NCBI GenBank assembly: GCA_002104945.1
Contig: MCFH01000009.1
Location: 682,001-746,000, forward strand
Length of the DNA: 64,000 nucleotides
Reading direction: 5' to 3'
Origin: Piromyces finnis finn
Lineage: Eukaryota > Fungi > Neocallimastigomycota
The notes beneath the pieces are model-generated. The model saw only the letters and a list, made by a program, of their open reading frames with translations, had not been told where the DNA came from and ran no database searches. The position numbers and the translations under genes are program-made. Shown here one piece after another: positions 27,974 to 42,700 of this stretch. Numbering within the stretch: the first letter of the stretch is position 1; every line of letters starts with the position of its first letter.

Positions 27974-28523
27974 GTTATTTAACATTAAAAAATGTATAAA
28001 TGTATAGTGAAAATATTTGTGTATTTCATAATTCATAAATATATGTAAAACTAATAATCAATTGTTCGTTTATATTTACATTATGTATATTAAAATATTA
28101 TGTATATTTCAATGTTTAGGAACGAACTGGGCAAAATCATTAAATTTAAAATTAATAGATAAAATATTATAAAATATATTTAAATTATAAATATGGTTAT
28201 TAATATGGTTATTTCTCATATTGCTTCACTTTATATATATAAAATAAAATACTGTTTATCCTTTAAGTATTTTTATATTATTATTAATAATAAGCATTTA
28301 TATAAAATAAACAAAATTACTAAATATTTACATAATAAATTTTTGGTATTATCATTTATTTTAAAAGTCATAATAAAAATATTTCATATAAAGAATACAT
28401 ATTAAGTATTATTTAATAATGAACTTCTTTGGATATATTTAATAATAGAAAAGATACATTATAAAAAAGTAATTTAAAAACTTGTTATTGCAGATAAATA
28501 TTAATTAAAATTATCATAGTGAT

Positions 28524-30679
28524 TTATGACATCGATTCCTTTAAAACATAATCATCTATTTCTTTAAATAATTTCATTTGTTCGTCCTTAGCTTTTTTTA
28601 TTTCTTCTAAATCATCAGAGTCCTTTTAAGATAAAAACATAAATAAGCATTATTAATTTACATCAAAATTAAAATAACATTAATATTATTATATAAACTT
28701 ACCAATTTTTCCATATCTTCAATTTTTATCTTCTTTCTATTTCTCTTTTTTTTCTTTGATTCTAATATTTGTTGATGCTCTTGAAGAAGGATTTCATTAA
28801 CATTATCAAGATAGTGTGATTCCTTTTTACTAGTATAAGAGCCAGAAATAGAAATTGGAGTGTGAGTTCCTTCATTTTTTATATATTTTTGCTTTGATTT
28901 ATAAATTTTTTCAGCTTTTGAAAATCCAAATGGGTCATCAGATGATGAATCTTGATTAAAATAAATTTTTTCTGGTTGATCGTAATTTAATTCTTCAATT
29001 ACTGTAGTTTTGATTTCTTTAGGATGAGATATGAATGAGTCTGTTCTGTAAATATTGGGAATATTAGTTACATAAGCGGTACCATCATTGCTTCTAATTT
29101 TTCGCTTTCTATTTAATTCATCTGGTGAAAGAGGCTTATATCTTAAATTATTCTTATTATCATCATCCATTACTAAATTGAAATTATCGTTACCTGATAA
29201 AAGCTTTTTAATCTTCTCATCCAATTCATCTGCACTGTAAAGTGATTTATCATCAGAATTAAATACATCACCTTCATCAAGAAATTCATCTGGCTGGAAA
29301 TCAAAATGACTGATATCAGAATCAGTACGAATTAAATGACTATTAGATATAGGAGATATATTAATAAAATTTGATAATGAATTACTGTCTTGAAATGAGG
29401 TATTTCGAGATATAGTACTGACCTCTTTTTCTGGCGATTTAAAACTACTGCTTTCTAATGGAGTATGAAAACTCATTTCTTCATTTAATATTCTGGTATA
29501 ATTAATAGGGGATTCTTCTAAGAAAAGAAGGGTATTATTAAAATTATTAGGAGTAGAGGATTTATAACTATTATTACAATTAAGTGACTCTAGAATATCT
29601 GATATTTGAACTTTTCCACCTTTATTAAATTCGGCTAATAACTCTAACGACTTATTACTTAAATCACATGATTTTCTTTTTAAATTATGGTCATCATCAA
29701 TTATACTATTATCAATTGTTGATTTCGATGAATTAAAATCATTTTCAGAATCACTTCTTATAAACGGTACAATAAGATCGTTGTTATGTTTTTTTAATGG
29801 TGATGAATCATCAATTTTAATGATTTCAATTTTATCGGGACTTCTGCTTGTTTTTTTTTCTAATGAAGTGTTATAAGATATATTTATTGAATCATTAATA
29901 TTTTTTACTTTGTCATCAAAAGTAACCTTCTCTTTACGTTTTGAACTGGTATTATCTTTTTTCTTTAAAATAGATGGTTTACATAATATATTTTTCTGAT
30001 CATTCTTTTCAATCTTTTTTGGCTCTAAATTTTCATCTTTAAAATCTGGAACAATGTCCTCGTCAATTCCTATATTTTCCTTTATTTCTATTTTAACTTT
30101 TTTACTTTTTAATTTATTGTCATTATTAACGGTATCATTATGAATATTTTCTTTTGATATTTTATTTTGTATTAATACAATAAAATTTGGATCATTTATT
30201 AATTTATCTTTTTGATTTTTGATTTTTATACTAGATTTAGTTTTGGCATTTTTATTTATATCAAGATTTATATTTTTATTATTAATAATTGTTGTTATTT
30301 TTGTTTTGTTATTTCCTTTTTCTTTTAGAGTATCACGATTAACATTACTATTTGAAGTAGCAGTATTATTATCTTTTAATACATTTGTTTTAATTGGCTT
30401 TTCATTTATAGTTTTGATTATATTATGATTTTTTACTAATTTTTCTTTTAAGCCCCTTCTATTTACCAAATTTTCGCTTTTTTGCTTTAATAATATTAAG
30501 TTTTCTTTAGGCTTGCTTCTGCTTCTTAAAGAATATCCTATGCTTTTTGGAATAATATTTTCCTTATTCGTTTGTATTTTAGGTTTAGTTGAACGCTTTC
30601 TTTTTAAGCCATTTAAATTATTTTCTTTATTTATATTTTCATTATTCGCTAATAATCTCTGTTTACTTCTTGTTAACAT
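28524..30679 (-). CDS. Candidate sororin-family cohesin regulator (about 691 aa)
   Basis: Exon 1 30679-28703 (GTAAGT donor) plus exon 2 28622-28524, in frame. Several KEN boxes, a DPFGF motif, polybasic KKKKRNRKK and C-terminus DEQMKLFKEIDDYVLKESMS*. Confidence 0.65.
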
Positions 30680-31306
30680 CTTTTTTATCTTTTTATTTTT
30701 TTTATATAATGTTTAAATTAATAATAGATTTATTAAATTTATTCAAATCAAAAATGAATATGAAAAAAAAATAATAAAAATAAACCAAAATAACGATAAT
30801 AATGTTTTTTAATAAATAAATATTGGAATTTAATAATCCTACTTTATAATGAATACAATTAAAATCTTTATTCAAATAAGTTAAAATAACATTATATAAT
30901 CTTTATATATATATATACAATATATATAATAAAATTACAAAATTTTAAATACTATAATGTTGAAATAATTTTTAAAATAAAAATATAAAAATAAAAAAAA
31001 TTTTAATAATGAAATATTTTTTTTTATAATATATTAAAAAAAAAAAAAAAAAGTTATTAATAATTAAAGTTTTTAAAAAAAAATTATATTTTACTGCGTA
31101 TAAAAAATTATAGTTTAATTAAAACAAAACTAAAAAATAACAAAATAAATTTTAATAATGTATAAGTATTTAACACTGATATAATACCAAATTATTATAA
31201 TATTATAATATTATAAATTATAATGAATTAATATTTATACATTTTGTTAGATATTTAATAATAAATAAATAACTCAATTATTCAATAAATAAACTGCTTA
31301 ACAAAA

Positions 31307-31856
31307 ATGACAAGTTATGAAAAAAGATATAGTCAAAGCACTCAGAATCTAGTTAAATGTATATATATAGAAAACTCGCATAAAAAAATATATTTCATTT
31401 TTTAATAATGAAAAAAAAATTATATATTTCTCCTTTTTTTCCTTTTTTTATTACTTTAGCTATGATGAAAAGTTCAAAGTTATCTTATTCTCAACAGCAA
31501 ATACTGGATAATCTTTTACAAGGTAACAACAAACAAACAAAATAAGTGCAAATTTCATCTAAAACTAAATATGCTATTTTTCTATTACAATTTAAAAACA
31601 TTTATTTATAGAGGGTGGATCTTTTCCGCCAACAAGTTATTTTAAAGAAAACTCTCAAAAAAAACCAGTTCGTCCAATTAATATATATAACGGAAGATGC
31701 ATTTATCAAAGTACAAAACCAAAAATTCGTACAAAGCAAATGATTCTTCGAAGAGATCCAACTGCATATCAAAGAGAGCAATTTGTATCTAATATGCTAT
31801 ATAGTAGTAATGCATTTATTAAAATTAAAATAATAATATTATTATTATTTGTTTGT

Positions 31857-31927
<71 letters not shown>

Positions 31928-32517
31928 TATGTTTTTATTTATAATAAAGAAAATAATACAGAAAAGGAAAAGTTAAAACTTCAAACTTATATGGCATCTA
32001 ACGGTTTAACATCTAATCCTGATGAATATTTAAAAGCATTTCCTGATAGAGAAAATCAAAAACATAAAAAATTAGATAGCAATTATGATGAAGATATTAT
32101 AGAGGATATTGATGAAATTAATATGTGTAATAATATTATATATTTTATGATTAAGAAAATAAATTATTTTTTAGTGTTTTCTCATACAGCATTATTTCTA
32201 TTAATAAAATAAATATTTAAATTTAATTTTTTTTTTTTTCTGTCAATTTTTGTTAGTAATTAATGAAATTAAAGAAAGACAAGAATTTTTAAATGAAATG
32301 AATATTTTAGGTCAAGGAAAGAAATATAAAGGAAAAATACAATTTGAAATCAATGAGGTAATAATCAATATATGAAATTAATAATTAATATGTAATTTGA
32401 TTTAATATGAATAAAATAATAAAATAATGCATTTCAATAACAACATTATTAATTTTTGATATATAACAGAGAATGGCCAGACTAAAGCAATTAGAAAGTA
32501 AATCAACAAATAAATAA
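31307..32517 (+). CDS. UPF0193/EVG1 (C22orf23-like) protein
   Basis: Spliced MTSYEKRYSQSTQNLVKSMMKSSKLSYSQQQILDNL, TAYQREQF, EKEKLKLQ and INEIKERQEFLNEMNILGQGKKYKGKIQFEINERMARLKQLE match the UPF0193 pattern as I recall it. One internal junction is uncertain. Confidence 0.78.
31855..31925. repeat. (TTTA)n microsatellite in an intron of the EVG1-like gene
   Basis: Direct reading; it explains the FIYL-repeat ORFs. Confidence 0.9.
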
Positions 32518-32627
32518 ATTATCAAATTTATTTATACCAATATATAATTTAACTTAATATAATAAAAAATAAGAAATATGTGTTGATATTTTTAAAAAAT
32601 AAATAAAAAATAAAATAAAATATTATC

Positions 32628-32983
<356 letters not shown>

Positions 32984-33056
32984 GATATTTAAACACTATT
33001 CCACATATAATCATTTTGTTAAAATAATGAGAATAAAAAAAACAATATAATTGAAT

Positions 33057-33089
<33 letters not shown>

Positions 33090-33210
33090 GTAAATTTTTA
33101 ATATAATTTTTAGAGAAAAAAAAAAGTTTAACATGATGAATATAGAAAAATAAAAAAATATTTCCATTTGACTTTTTAAACTTTATTTCCATCTTATAAT
33201 GCTTTTTTCA

Positions 33211-35120
33211 TTAGAAAGATGTTGCACTACGATCATTATAATAGTAAGATACATAATTTTGATTTTGATGTGGATAGTAACCATTATTTCTTGAATTTTT
33301 ATAATTATTACCATTACCATTACCATGACGATTATTGTATTGACTATTTTGATAATTTCTTCTGCCACGGCCTCCCTTATAATAGCCTCTCTTCTTTTGA
33401 TAATGATTATTTTTATTATTTTGGTAACTTGTATTTTGAGATTGTTCAGATAATTTCTTTTCCTCTGTTACTGAAGTTTCTGTTTCTTCAGTCATTAATT
33501 CAGTTTCTGTTTCTACTATATCATTTGTATTATTTATTTCTTCATTTTCAATTACTGAAATTTCCTTAGAAAAACTTTCATCATTTAGTTCCTTGCTATT
33601 TTCAATCTTGATTTCGTTTTCAGAAATCTCATATTTGTCTTTTTCATTTTCTTCATCTTTCATTATTATTTTAAATAAAAAAATTATCTTAACAACTTTT
33701 ATCTTTATATATTATATTTTATTATTTCATTTCAGTATATAAATTACTTACCAATTACTTCATTTGGTTGCATAAAATTAATTTTTGGCATAGCAACGGT
33801 AATATCATTTACTATATCATTTTGTTTTTCCTCATAAGTGTTAGAGGAAAAGTCAATTTGTTGTTGTGGTTGAAATTGTTCATTATATTCAATAATAGAA
33901 TCATTGCTAAAGAAAGAAATGTTTTGATGACTGACATTCTTGCTTACTTGTGGTGGATTTAATATTAAATTAATTATACTATTAACATCTTTAAATGTAA
34001 CATTTTCACAACATTCATCTGTAGATGCTTCATATAATTTTTCAAGAACTAATTCACCTTCAGATTTTTCTTCATTTTTACTGATCATTATAATATATTA
34101 TGTAAATTAAGTAATCAAAGAACTAATTAGTCTAATCTCTTTATATATTTTTCCAATTTACCATAAAAATAACATAATTTTATTTTTTTTGTATTAACAT
34201 TTATACATACTTCATCATTTCGTTAGTTCCTAACAAAATGTTACGGACATAATTTAAAGCATTTAATTCAGCGTTTGAAAATGTAAATTTTCTGGTATTG
34301 ATTTCAATATTTAAAGCATAAGAAGCTTTAAATAAATATTGTAATTGAGAAGAATGCATTTTCTTTAATTAATAAAAAAAATATAATTATTATAATATTA
34401 ATTTCAATATAACATTTAGTTATTGTGAAAGACAAAAAAGAATATAATTTATTTTTATTATTAATGATCATTTTAAATTTAACATCATAATACCTTTTCA
34501 AGTTCAACCTTCTTATTAACTTCGTCAAGAAGTCTTTCATCTTGTATTTTTTTATTAACTTCTTGTTCCCTTTTTTCCTGTTTTCATAATTTATGAAAGA
34601 TAAATAAGAAAAGTTATTGATAAATTATATAATTACAATATAATCATTTATATGTTTATACTTGTTCATCAAAAATAGTATATTGTTTATGAAGGTCTTC
34701 AAATTCTTTTAACAAAAGAGAAACCTCTGGCTTCTTTTTGATAGCTGATATTTGATCAGTATTGAGTTCCTCATCATTACAATTTTCATACTTTTCAATT
34801 TTATTCTATTTCATTAATATCATTGTTAATATAAAAAGAAAGAAATCAAAAATCAATATTATGAATAATTATTATATAGTATTGATTTTTTACATAATAA
34901 AGTCTATTAATTTGCTTACCATACGTTTACGTAAAGTTCTAAGTTTTTTATTAACAATATTAATATATTTGTTAACTTTTTCTTCAGAATTTGTGTCACT
35001 TATAGCACATGATTCAACTTCCGCTTCTTCGTTAACAATTTTAGCTAACCTTTTCTTTTCTTTTTTAGATAATTTATTTTCAGCTACGCGGATTGAATCG
35101 TTTAAACGTGAAGAAAGCAT
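33211..35120 (-). CDS. Caprin-1-like coiled-coil/RG-rich RNA-binding protein (multi-exon)
   Basis: Spliced NKKLRTLRKRMNKIEKYE...ELNTDQISAIKKKPEVSLLLKEFEDL resembles the Caprin HR1 region. It is followed by an acidic linker and a C-terminal RGYYKGGRGRRNY / Asn-Tyr-rich tail. Confidence 0.65.
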
Positions 35121-36778
35121 TTTACTTTATTTGGTTTTTTTTTTAGAAAAAAAATCTAATTTCAATTAAAAATTCTATTTTATGTTTAAATCATTAATAA
35201 AAATTCTATTTAATATAGGCAATTATATAAGTATATTTGATTTCTATCTATGAAATACACATATTTAACGCTAAAATGTTACTATTTTAAAAAAAATTAA
35301 ATATAGATATATTTATATATTTAAAAATAAATACAATGACCATAATTTTTATTAAAAAAATTTTTTTGACTTACCTAAATAATAATTTAATGTCCAAAAA
35401 TATATGTATATATTGGATATTACAATATATAATTAATGAGAAAAATTAAAAGTAATTTTATTTGTTTTTTTAGATAAAAAGTTTATTAATATTTACAAAA
35501 AGTTATAACTTTTTTTTAAGACTATTATACTATTATAATAAATGGTATAAAACAAAAAGAATTATTTAATATACATTAAATGTTTAAAGAAAAAAAGGTA
35601 TATACAAAAATTAAATTTATAATTGTTTCAATTAAACAATGTAATAATGTTTTTTCTAATATCTAAATATTTAAGACGATTTAAAAATATTAGTAAATAA
35701 AAAAAAAAAAAGAGAGAGAAAGAGAAGAAAGAAAGAAGAAGTGAATAAATAATAATATTATAAAAAACAAATTCCATTATTCTTTTTAAATTTTTATAAT
35801 TTTTAAATTTAATTAAAATATCTTTTTATTAATTAAATATTTTAATAAAAAATAAAATTTATTATTTATTAAAGTTTTTAATTTAGCTATTTAATGATTT
35901 AGATTAAATTTTAATCATTAACTAAAATATAAGACTTACTTAAAATAATGCTTATATTCAATTAAAAGTTTAAGATGTTCAGCATAAAATAAAATTACTA
36001 AAAACAAATCACCTTTTTCTAAAAGCCTACAACCTCATTATGGAATATTTAAATCATTAAAGTTAATAGTTAAATATAAAACCTTTTTTAAAAAAAAAAA
36101 AAAAAGAATTATTATTATATCTATTGTTGATTAATTAATTAATTAATTAATTATTAATTATAGTATTCTTGTTTTGTTAAATGTATTTTATATTTTAAAT
36201 GTCTAATATTTTATTCATATAAAACATTGTTTTAATTTAAAGAATAAAATATTTAATTAATATTTCCATATTTATATAATAATTAAAAATGAATAAACTC
36301 AAATAATTTTATTATTAGTCCAATGAAAGTATGTTCAAAAATGTTAATTTATTAAATGTTTTAAATCTTGCCTATATATATTTAAAAAAACTATTATTAA
36401 AACTTTAACTTTATCTCAATAATTATAAAAAGAAAATTAAATATAATAAAAAGTTATAAAAGTTTAATGCATTTCTTATAAGAGCGTAATAATAGTTTAA
36501 AACTGTTTATCACTGTATAAACTACTACTTAGATATTTATAATATGTAAATAAATATATTAACTTACACTTGTTATATAAAAGATATATTTTTTCTCTTT
36601 TATAAAAGAAATTTATATATGATATTTATATTTATATGTTACATTTATATTTTGATATAAAAAATTTTTTAAGAAGGGTATTTTATATTAATAATTGATT
36701 CTATGACAGATAGAGAATCATTCTGTATTCTTTAATTAAAAAAAAATCATTTGTTTTAATTCATAGAAATTAATGTAT

Positions 36779-37000
36779 CTATTGAAGTTTCTCTTTTAAA
36801 ATTTCTATTTCTTCTTTATTCTTTTCCATTCGTTCTTTTATTTTTTCAATGTCATCACTATTTTCTTTTAATTTATTATCAATAGTATTAATCTTTTTTT
36901 TATTTAGTTCAATTTCTCTTTTATGGTTTTCGATATCTCTTTCATTTTGTTCAATTTTTCTTTTAACTTCTTCAATACTCATATTTTCAAAGTTGCTCAT
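36779..37000 (-). CDS. Short coiled-coil ORF (73 aa or last exon of a longer gene)
   Basis: Regular heptads IEQNERDIENHKREIELNKKKINTIDNKLKENSDDIEKIKERMEKNKEEIEILKEKLQ. The frame stays open upstream past a possible AG acceptor near 37030. Confidence 0.45.
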   Translation of the reverse strand: MSNFENMSIEEVKRKIEQNERDIENHKREIELNKKKINTIDNKLKENSDDIEKIKERMEKNKEEIEILKEKLQ

Positions 37001-37765
37001 GGTATTCCTGATATTATTTATGATACTTTCTAAAAATAAAAAAAACGTTAATTTTAATGATACGAAAAAAAGACAAGATATATTTCTTTGTTTTGTACTT
37101 TAATTTGATTATTTTATATTGTATTATTTTTAATTTTCAAAAGTTTTCTTTACTTCCAATTATTCTTTATTATCTTTTCGTTTTATTATGTTTTTTTTTT
37201 ATTAAAATAATATAAGCATATAAAAAAATGTTAAAAATTAAGACAATTATCAATATATTTTATTATAAAGAAAACACAAATAAGAATTTAATTTCGTTAA
37301 TATATAAAGTATAGATTATAATGATTGGATAAATATATTTATTATTGTAAACTAATGTATTTAATTACACTTTAATAAACTATACATACAGAAAAAACGT
37401 GTTATAAATGAAAAATAAAAGAAAAAAAAATATTGAATAAAATGTATAAATTGATTTATTATGATATTTATCATTACAATAAAAAAAAAAAGAAAGAAAG
37501 AAAGAAAGAATATGTAATATAAGTTATTAATATTTTGGTAGATATAATAATATGAACAATAAATATAAAGCATTTTAACTCAATAGCAATGCTTTAATAG
37601 CTTCATTAAAAAGACATTAGTGATTTTATTACATTAACATATTGTTAGAAAAATAAGTATATTTATAAAAAGAAATATATAATTTATGGAATTAATAATA
37701 ATAATTAATAATAATATTCCAAGTTACCACTCTATACATTATTTAATAATATTAAAAAATTAAAC

Positions 37766-37900
<135 letters not shown>

Positions 37901-38430
37901 CTATTTGTTTCTCATTTCTCATTACTACCTTATATATATATAATTATAATTATAATTTTTAATATATTTGATATTAATATAATACATATAATACAACTAT
38001 ATATAAACTAATCGAACAAAATAATTTAAAATAAAAAACATTCAATAATTTTAATAATTTTAATATATATTTAAAAAAAAAAAAGTTTTTTTTTTTTTTT
38101 TCAATAGATAAAAATATTAAAATCTTTTTAATATTTTTAAAACGCATTTTTAATCATAATTTAATACCTTTTGATATTTAGATATCAAAAATTTTGTTAA
38201 TATTAATTCTATGCATATTCATAGATTCCATCGTTAATTTATTCCATTTATATACATATTTTATTATATACTAAAAAAGAACATATATATAAATATTTTT
38301 TATTTTATTATTTAAATAATTTTAATTATATACCATTTTTTTAAATCTAAAAAATTAAATAGTAATCATAAAAGACATATATAACACTACATTCAGTTTT
38401 TAAATTTCTAATATAAAAAAGTAAAATAAA

Positions 38431-39979
38431 ATGTCTTTAAAAATTAAAAAGAAGTTTAATGCTTTTAATGACACTTTAGCTACTAAAGCCAAAAAAATTA
38501 TTGAAGAAGAAATGCCTGAAAAGGTTAATATTTTGTGGAATTTAATTTATTTTTTAATCATTCAAAATTTGCAGGAAATCTTAAATTAATAGAAGTTATA
38601 TATATGTAATAATTCATATGGAATTTTAAGTTGAAAAAACTATTACAAAGAAATAATATTTCATAAGCAATAATAATTTGTAGTAATTAACTATTACCAT
38701 AAAGAAAAAGTTAAAGTTAAAAGAAAAAAGAAAGAAAAAAACAATTTTAACAAGATTTATTTTGTAATTTAAGAAAAAATAATAAAATTTAAACTTGTTT
38801 TTACTTTATTCTTTTTTTTTTATTTATTTATTTATTTATTTATTACTATTATAACAATCAGTACAGATAGCTAATTTTTTTTTTTTTTTTAATTTTAATA
38901 AAAATAATTTCAAATAGATTTTCACTTTAAATGATTTTTTGAAAACATCGGATTTATTTAATGTTCAAGATTTATCTATTTTCCATCAACCAATTGTACC
39001 AAAACCTGATTCAACTTTCAACACTAACAAAAAAAGAAAATTAGATGAGGAAAATGAAAATAAGTCAGAATCAAAACCAATAGTTTATACTGATCACACT
39101 GAATCTTGTCATCCACATTTATTTAAATGTATTGACTTTTTAAAAAATGAAATTGAAGAAGTTGTAAGTTTATGTAATACTGTTAAAATTTATATACAGG
39201 TAATAAAAGGAATAATTGTTTTTTATACTATATTTTAATTTTTTTAAATGATGTTGTATAATATAAATATTTATTCTTAATTTTTGTTTTCTTTTTAATT
39301 GATAATACTAATATGAAATAATATGAAATATTCCTTTTCAAAACAAAAAAGTTAAATATTCCAAAAATTGAAGATGGTAATAACTTTGGTGTATCAATTC
39401 AAGAAGAAGTTGTAAAGGAATTATCATCAGGTAAATTATTTCAAATTAATAATAACAATAATTGGATTTTTAATTTATATAATGAATATTTTTTAACATC
39501 AGCCTTCAATAACACTTTCTACTTTTATTATTATTTATTCACTTTTCATTTATTCATACAGCTGAAGATTCAGCATTCGCAGTTCTTGATTCTATTAGTA
39601 AATATTACATGCAAAGAGCTAAATTAGTTACTAAAGTTATGAAGGTAGATTCATTATCATATTGAATATTAATTTCGTAATATTTATATTGTAATTTCTG
39701 AATTATATAAAAATTAATTTGATAAAAATTTTGAAATATTATTAACTAAAATAATTAATATTATCTTATATCATCATTTGATTATCTGTAATATAGTATC
39801 CAAACGTTAAGGATTATCAATTATGTATTTGGGAATTAGATGAAAAAGAATATACTTGGTTACGTTTAACTGCCATCGATATAAGAAATAATTATGCTAT
39901 GTTATATGATATGATTCAAAAGAATTATGATAGAATTGAAAAACCAAGACAAGAAAATGCTCATGCAGCTTTATATTAA
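38431..39979 (+). CDS. PSME3: Proteasome activator PA28/REG, gamma-like (PSME3); 5 exons
   Basis: Activation loop LNIPKIEDGNNFGVSIQEE, KYYMQRAKLVTKVMKYPNVKDYQ, YDMIQKNYDRIEKPR, NLS-like KKRKLD, C-terminus AALY*. Confidence 0.92.
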
Positions 39980-41135
39980 TATAAAAAATATTTCCCTTTA
40001 TATATATTTATATAGTATTAATAATAATTTTCCATAAATAAAATAGAATATAAATATATATTACAAAAAGACGAAATAATCATCATAATAAAAAATAATA
40101 ATATTTTTATATTTTAGATTAGAGAAAAAAAAAACTACTTTTATATTTATCATTTAATTAATTTATTTATTTTAAACCTTTTTAAAAATTATTAAAATTA
40201 TTATTTAAATATTGTTTTAATCCAATTTACATTTACATTTATTTCAGTATTTTAATATACAAATATAATATTATTTTTTAATAATTCTAAATAAAAATAA
40301 TTTTATATCATTAATTTATATACTTATATTTACTTATTTTGTGGGTTAGGTTATATATGTTATGTTTTTATAATATATTACACCGGATTTAAAAAAATTA
40401 TTGAGGTTTTTCACAAAAGAACAAGTAGAAAAGAAAGAATTAGTAATTTGAAGTCTATTATGTTATGTTATTGCTGAATAATAACTAAGAGGGCTATATA
40501 ATACAACTTAATTGTATTTATAAATGAATGTGAAAGACTAAAATATAAAAGTATAATATATCAAAAGAATCAAATTATAAATAAAAAGTAGATATTACAT
40601 CTATTATAACTAATATTAATAGTAATTTAAAAGAGAAATATATAATTACAAATATATTTTTCTTTTTTGCTGTTAATATATAATATATGTTTATAATAGA
40701 AATGATGTTATTAACTTTATTTAAAAACAGATAAAAAAAGTTTTTTTTTTTTCTCATTCACATTAAATTTTAATAATCTATAATAAAAATTTTTGGAATT
40801 TCTTTTTTTTTTTTTTTTTTTATTTTTATGTGTAAATATATAATTTCATAAAAATATCAATAAAATAATACATAGAATTATGTTGATAAGAAATAAATAT
40901 TTTGAATAAATAAATAGGATATAAAAATAAAATGAAAGTTAAAAAAAATTATACTTGATATTAAAAATTTACAATAAAAAAATAAATTAAATGCAATATT
41001 TATGACAACTGTATGTAGAAAAAGAAAAGAAATAATGAATATCTATTCAAAGTTTTTTTTTTTTTTTTTTTTACTATTATTTATTTTTTTTAAAAGAAAA
41101 TAAAAAAAATATAATATGCCAATATCTTAAACTTT

Positions 41136-42700
41136 CTAGCGTTTTGAGGCATACTTTTTTTTCATTCGTTTAGAATATGATATATACCAATTATTGATTT
41201 CCCACATATTTGGATTATCTAAATATTTAGATGGATTATTATCTAAAAGATAATTTATACGTTCATCAATGTTAAATTTAAAGGAAAGAATTCGAGCTCT
41301 ATCAACTGGAATCCAAACACCCTTTAAGTGGAATGGTGCATTCTTGACTACATCTCTTACAGGTTCATTCTTTAAAATAGCATCTCTTTTTCCTCGGGTT
41401 AAACCCGCAACATTTAAGAGTTTAGTACCATTAACAAGATTATTATCAAATCTTCTTGAAACAATTTTTTCACCTATTTCAACTTGATAGACGTAGGTAT
41501 TACGATCAACCCATGGAATTAAAGTCACCCTTGGAACAATATTGTCTTTGTTATTTGTACACTTTTTTTCAATACCAGATGGAAAATAGTTAAAATTTTG
41601 GATTTTTGGTTTAAGATAAACGTTTGCAGAAGAATATGATATGTCCTTAGGTAATCGATGTGTTGCTGAAATCATAGATGAAATGGAATCTTGAGAACTT
41701 GAAGAATCTAATATTGTTTTTTCATTACCGTTGATATTACTGTTATCATTATTTTTATTATTATTGCTATTTTTATTATTGCTATTTTTATTTTTGTTAT
41801 TTTTATTACTATTTTTATTTTTATTACTATTTTTATTTTTATTTTTATTATTTTTATTACTATTTTTATTGCTATTTTTATTGCTATTTTTATTGTTATT
41901 TTTAATGGTATTATTTCTGGTACTATTATTATTGTTGTTGGTGTTATTGTTATTGTTGTTGTTACTATCACTATTGATGTTGTTATTATTATTATTGATG
42001 TTGTTATTATTATTATTACTATTATTATTATTATTGCTGCTGCTGTTATTACTATTATTACTATTAGTTTTATTATTGTTGTTATTATCATATGGGGAAA
42101 TGCTTTCTAATGAACTTTCACAGTTGTTTGTTGAAGAAATTGGGGTTGTCATAACATTCTTATGATGATTAATAGTAGGTTTAGGTGTATATGTAGTATT
42201 TGATATAAAATATAAATTTTTCGTCGTTGGGGGAGAAGTAGGTGTACGAATATTGTCAAATTCTGAATTATATTTTAAATTTCTCTTTGGAGTTGAAACT
42301 GAAGTAGTTTTTGGAATAGATAATATGGAATTCATATTTTTACTTATGGTAGTATCTTTTGAAAGGACTGGTGTATGTATTGGAGTAATTAAATATGGAC
42401 ATGAATTATCACTTTTTCGTACAGCTAATGAAGAATCAGAAAAGGTAGATTGTGAAAGAAGAGGTGAGGAATGATTAGATGCGGTTTCAATCATTGAAGT
42501 TTTCATAGAATTACTACTAGAAGGTAAAAGGCTCTTTTCATTACTAATATCATCTTTTTCTTTACCTTTTTCTTTCATTCTTTTATTATTTCTTAATTCA
42601 TCTATATTCCTTTCTTTTTTCTTTTTATTATTTTTCTTTGCCTTTTTCTTATCATCATCTATTATTAATCATATTTTAAAAATGGAAAGAATAATTTCAA

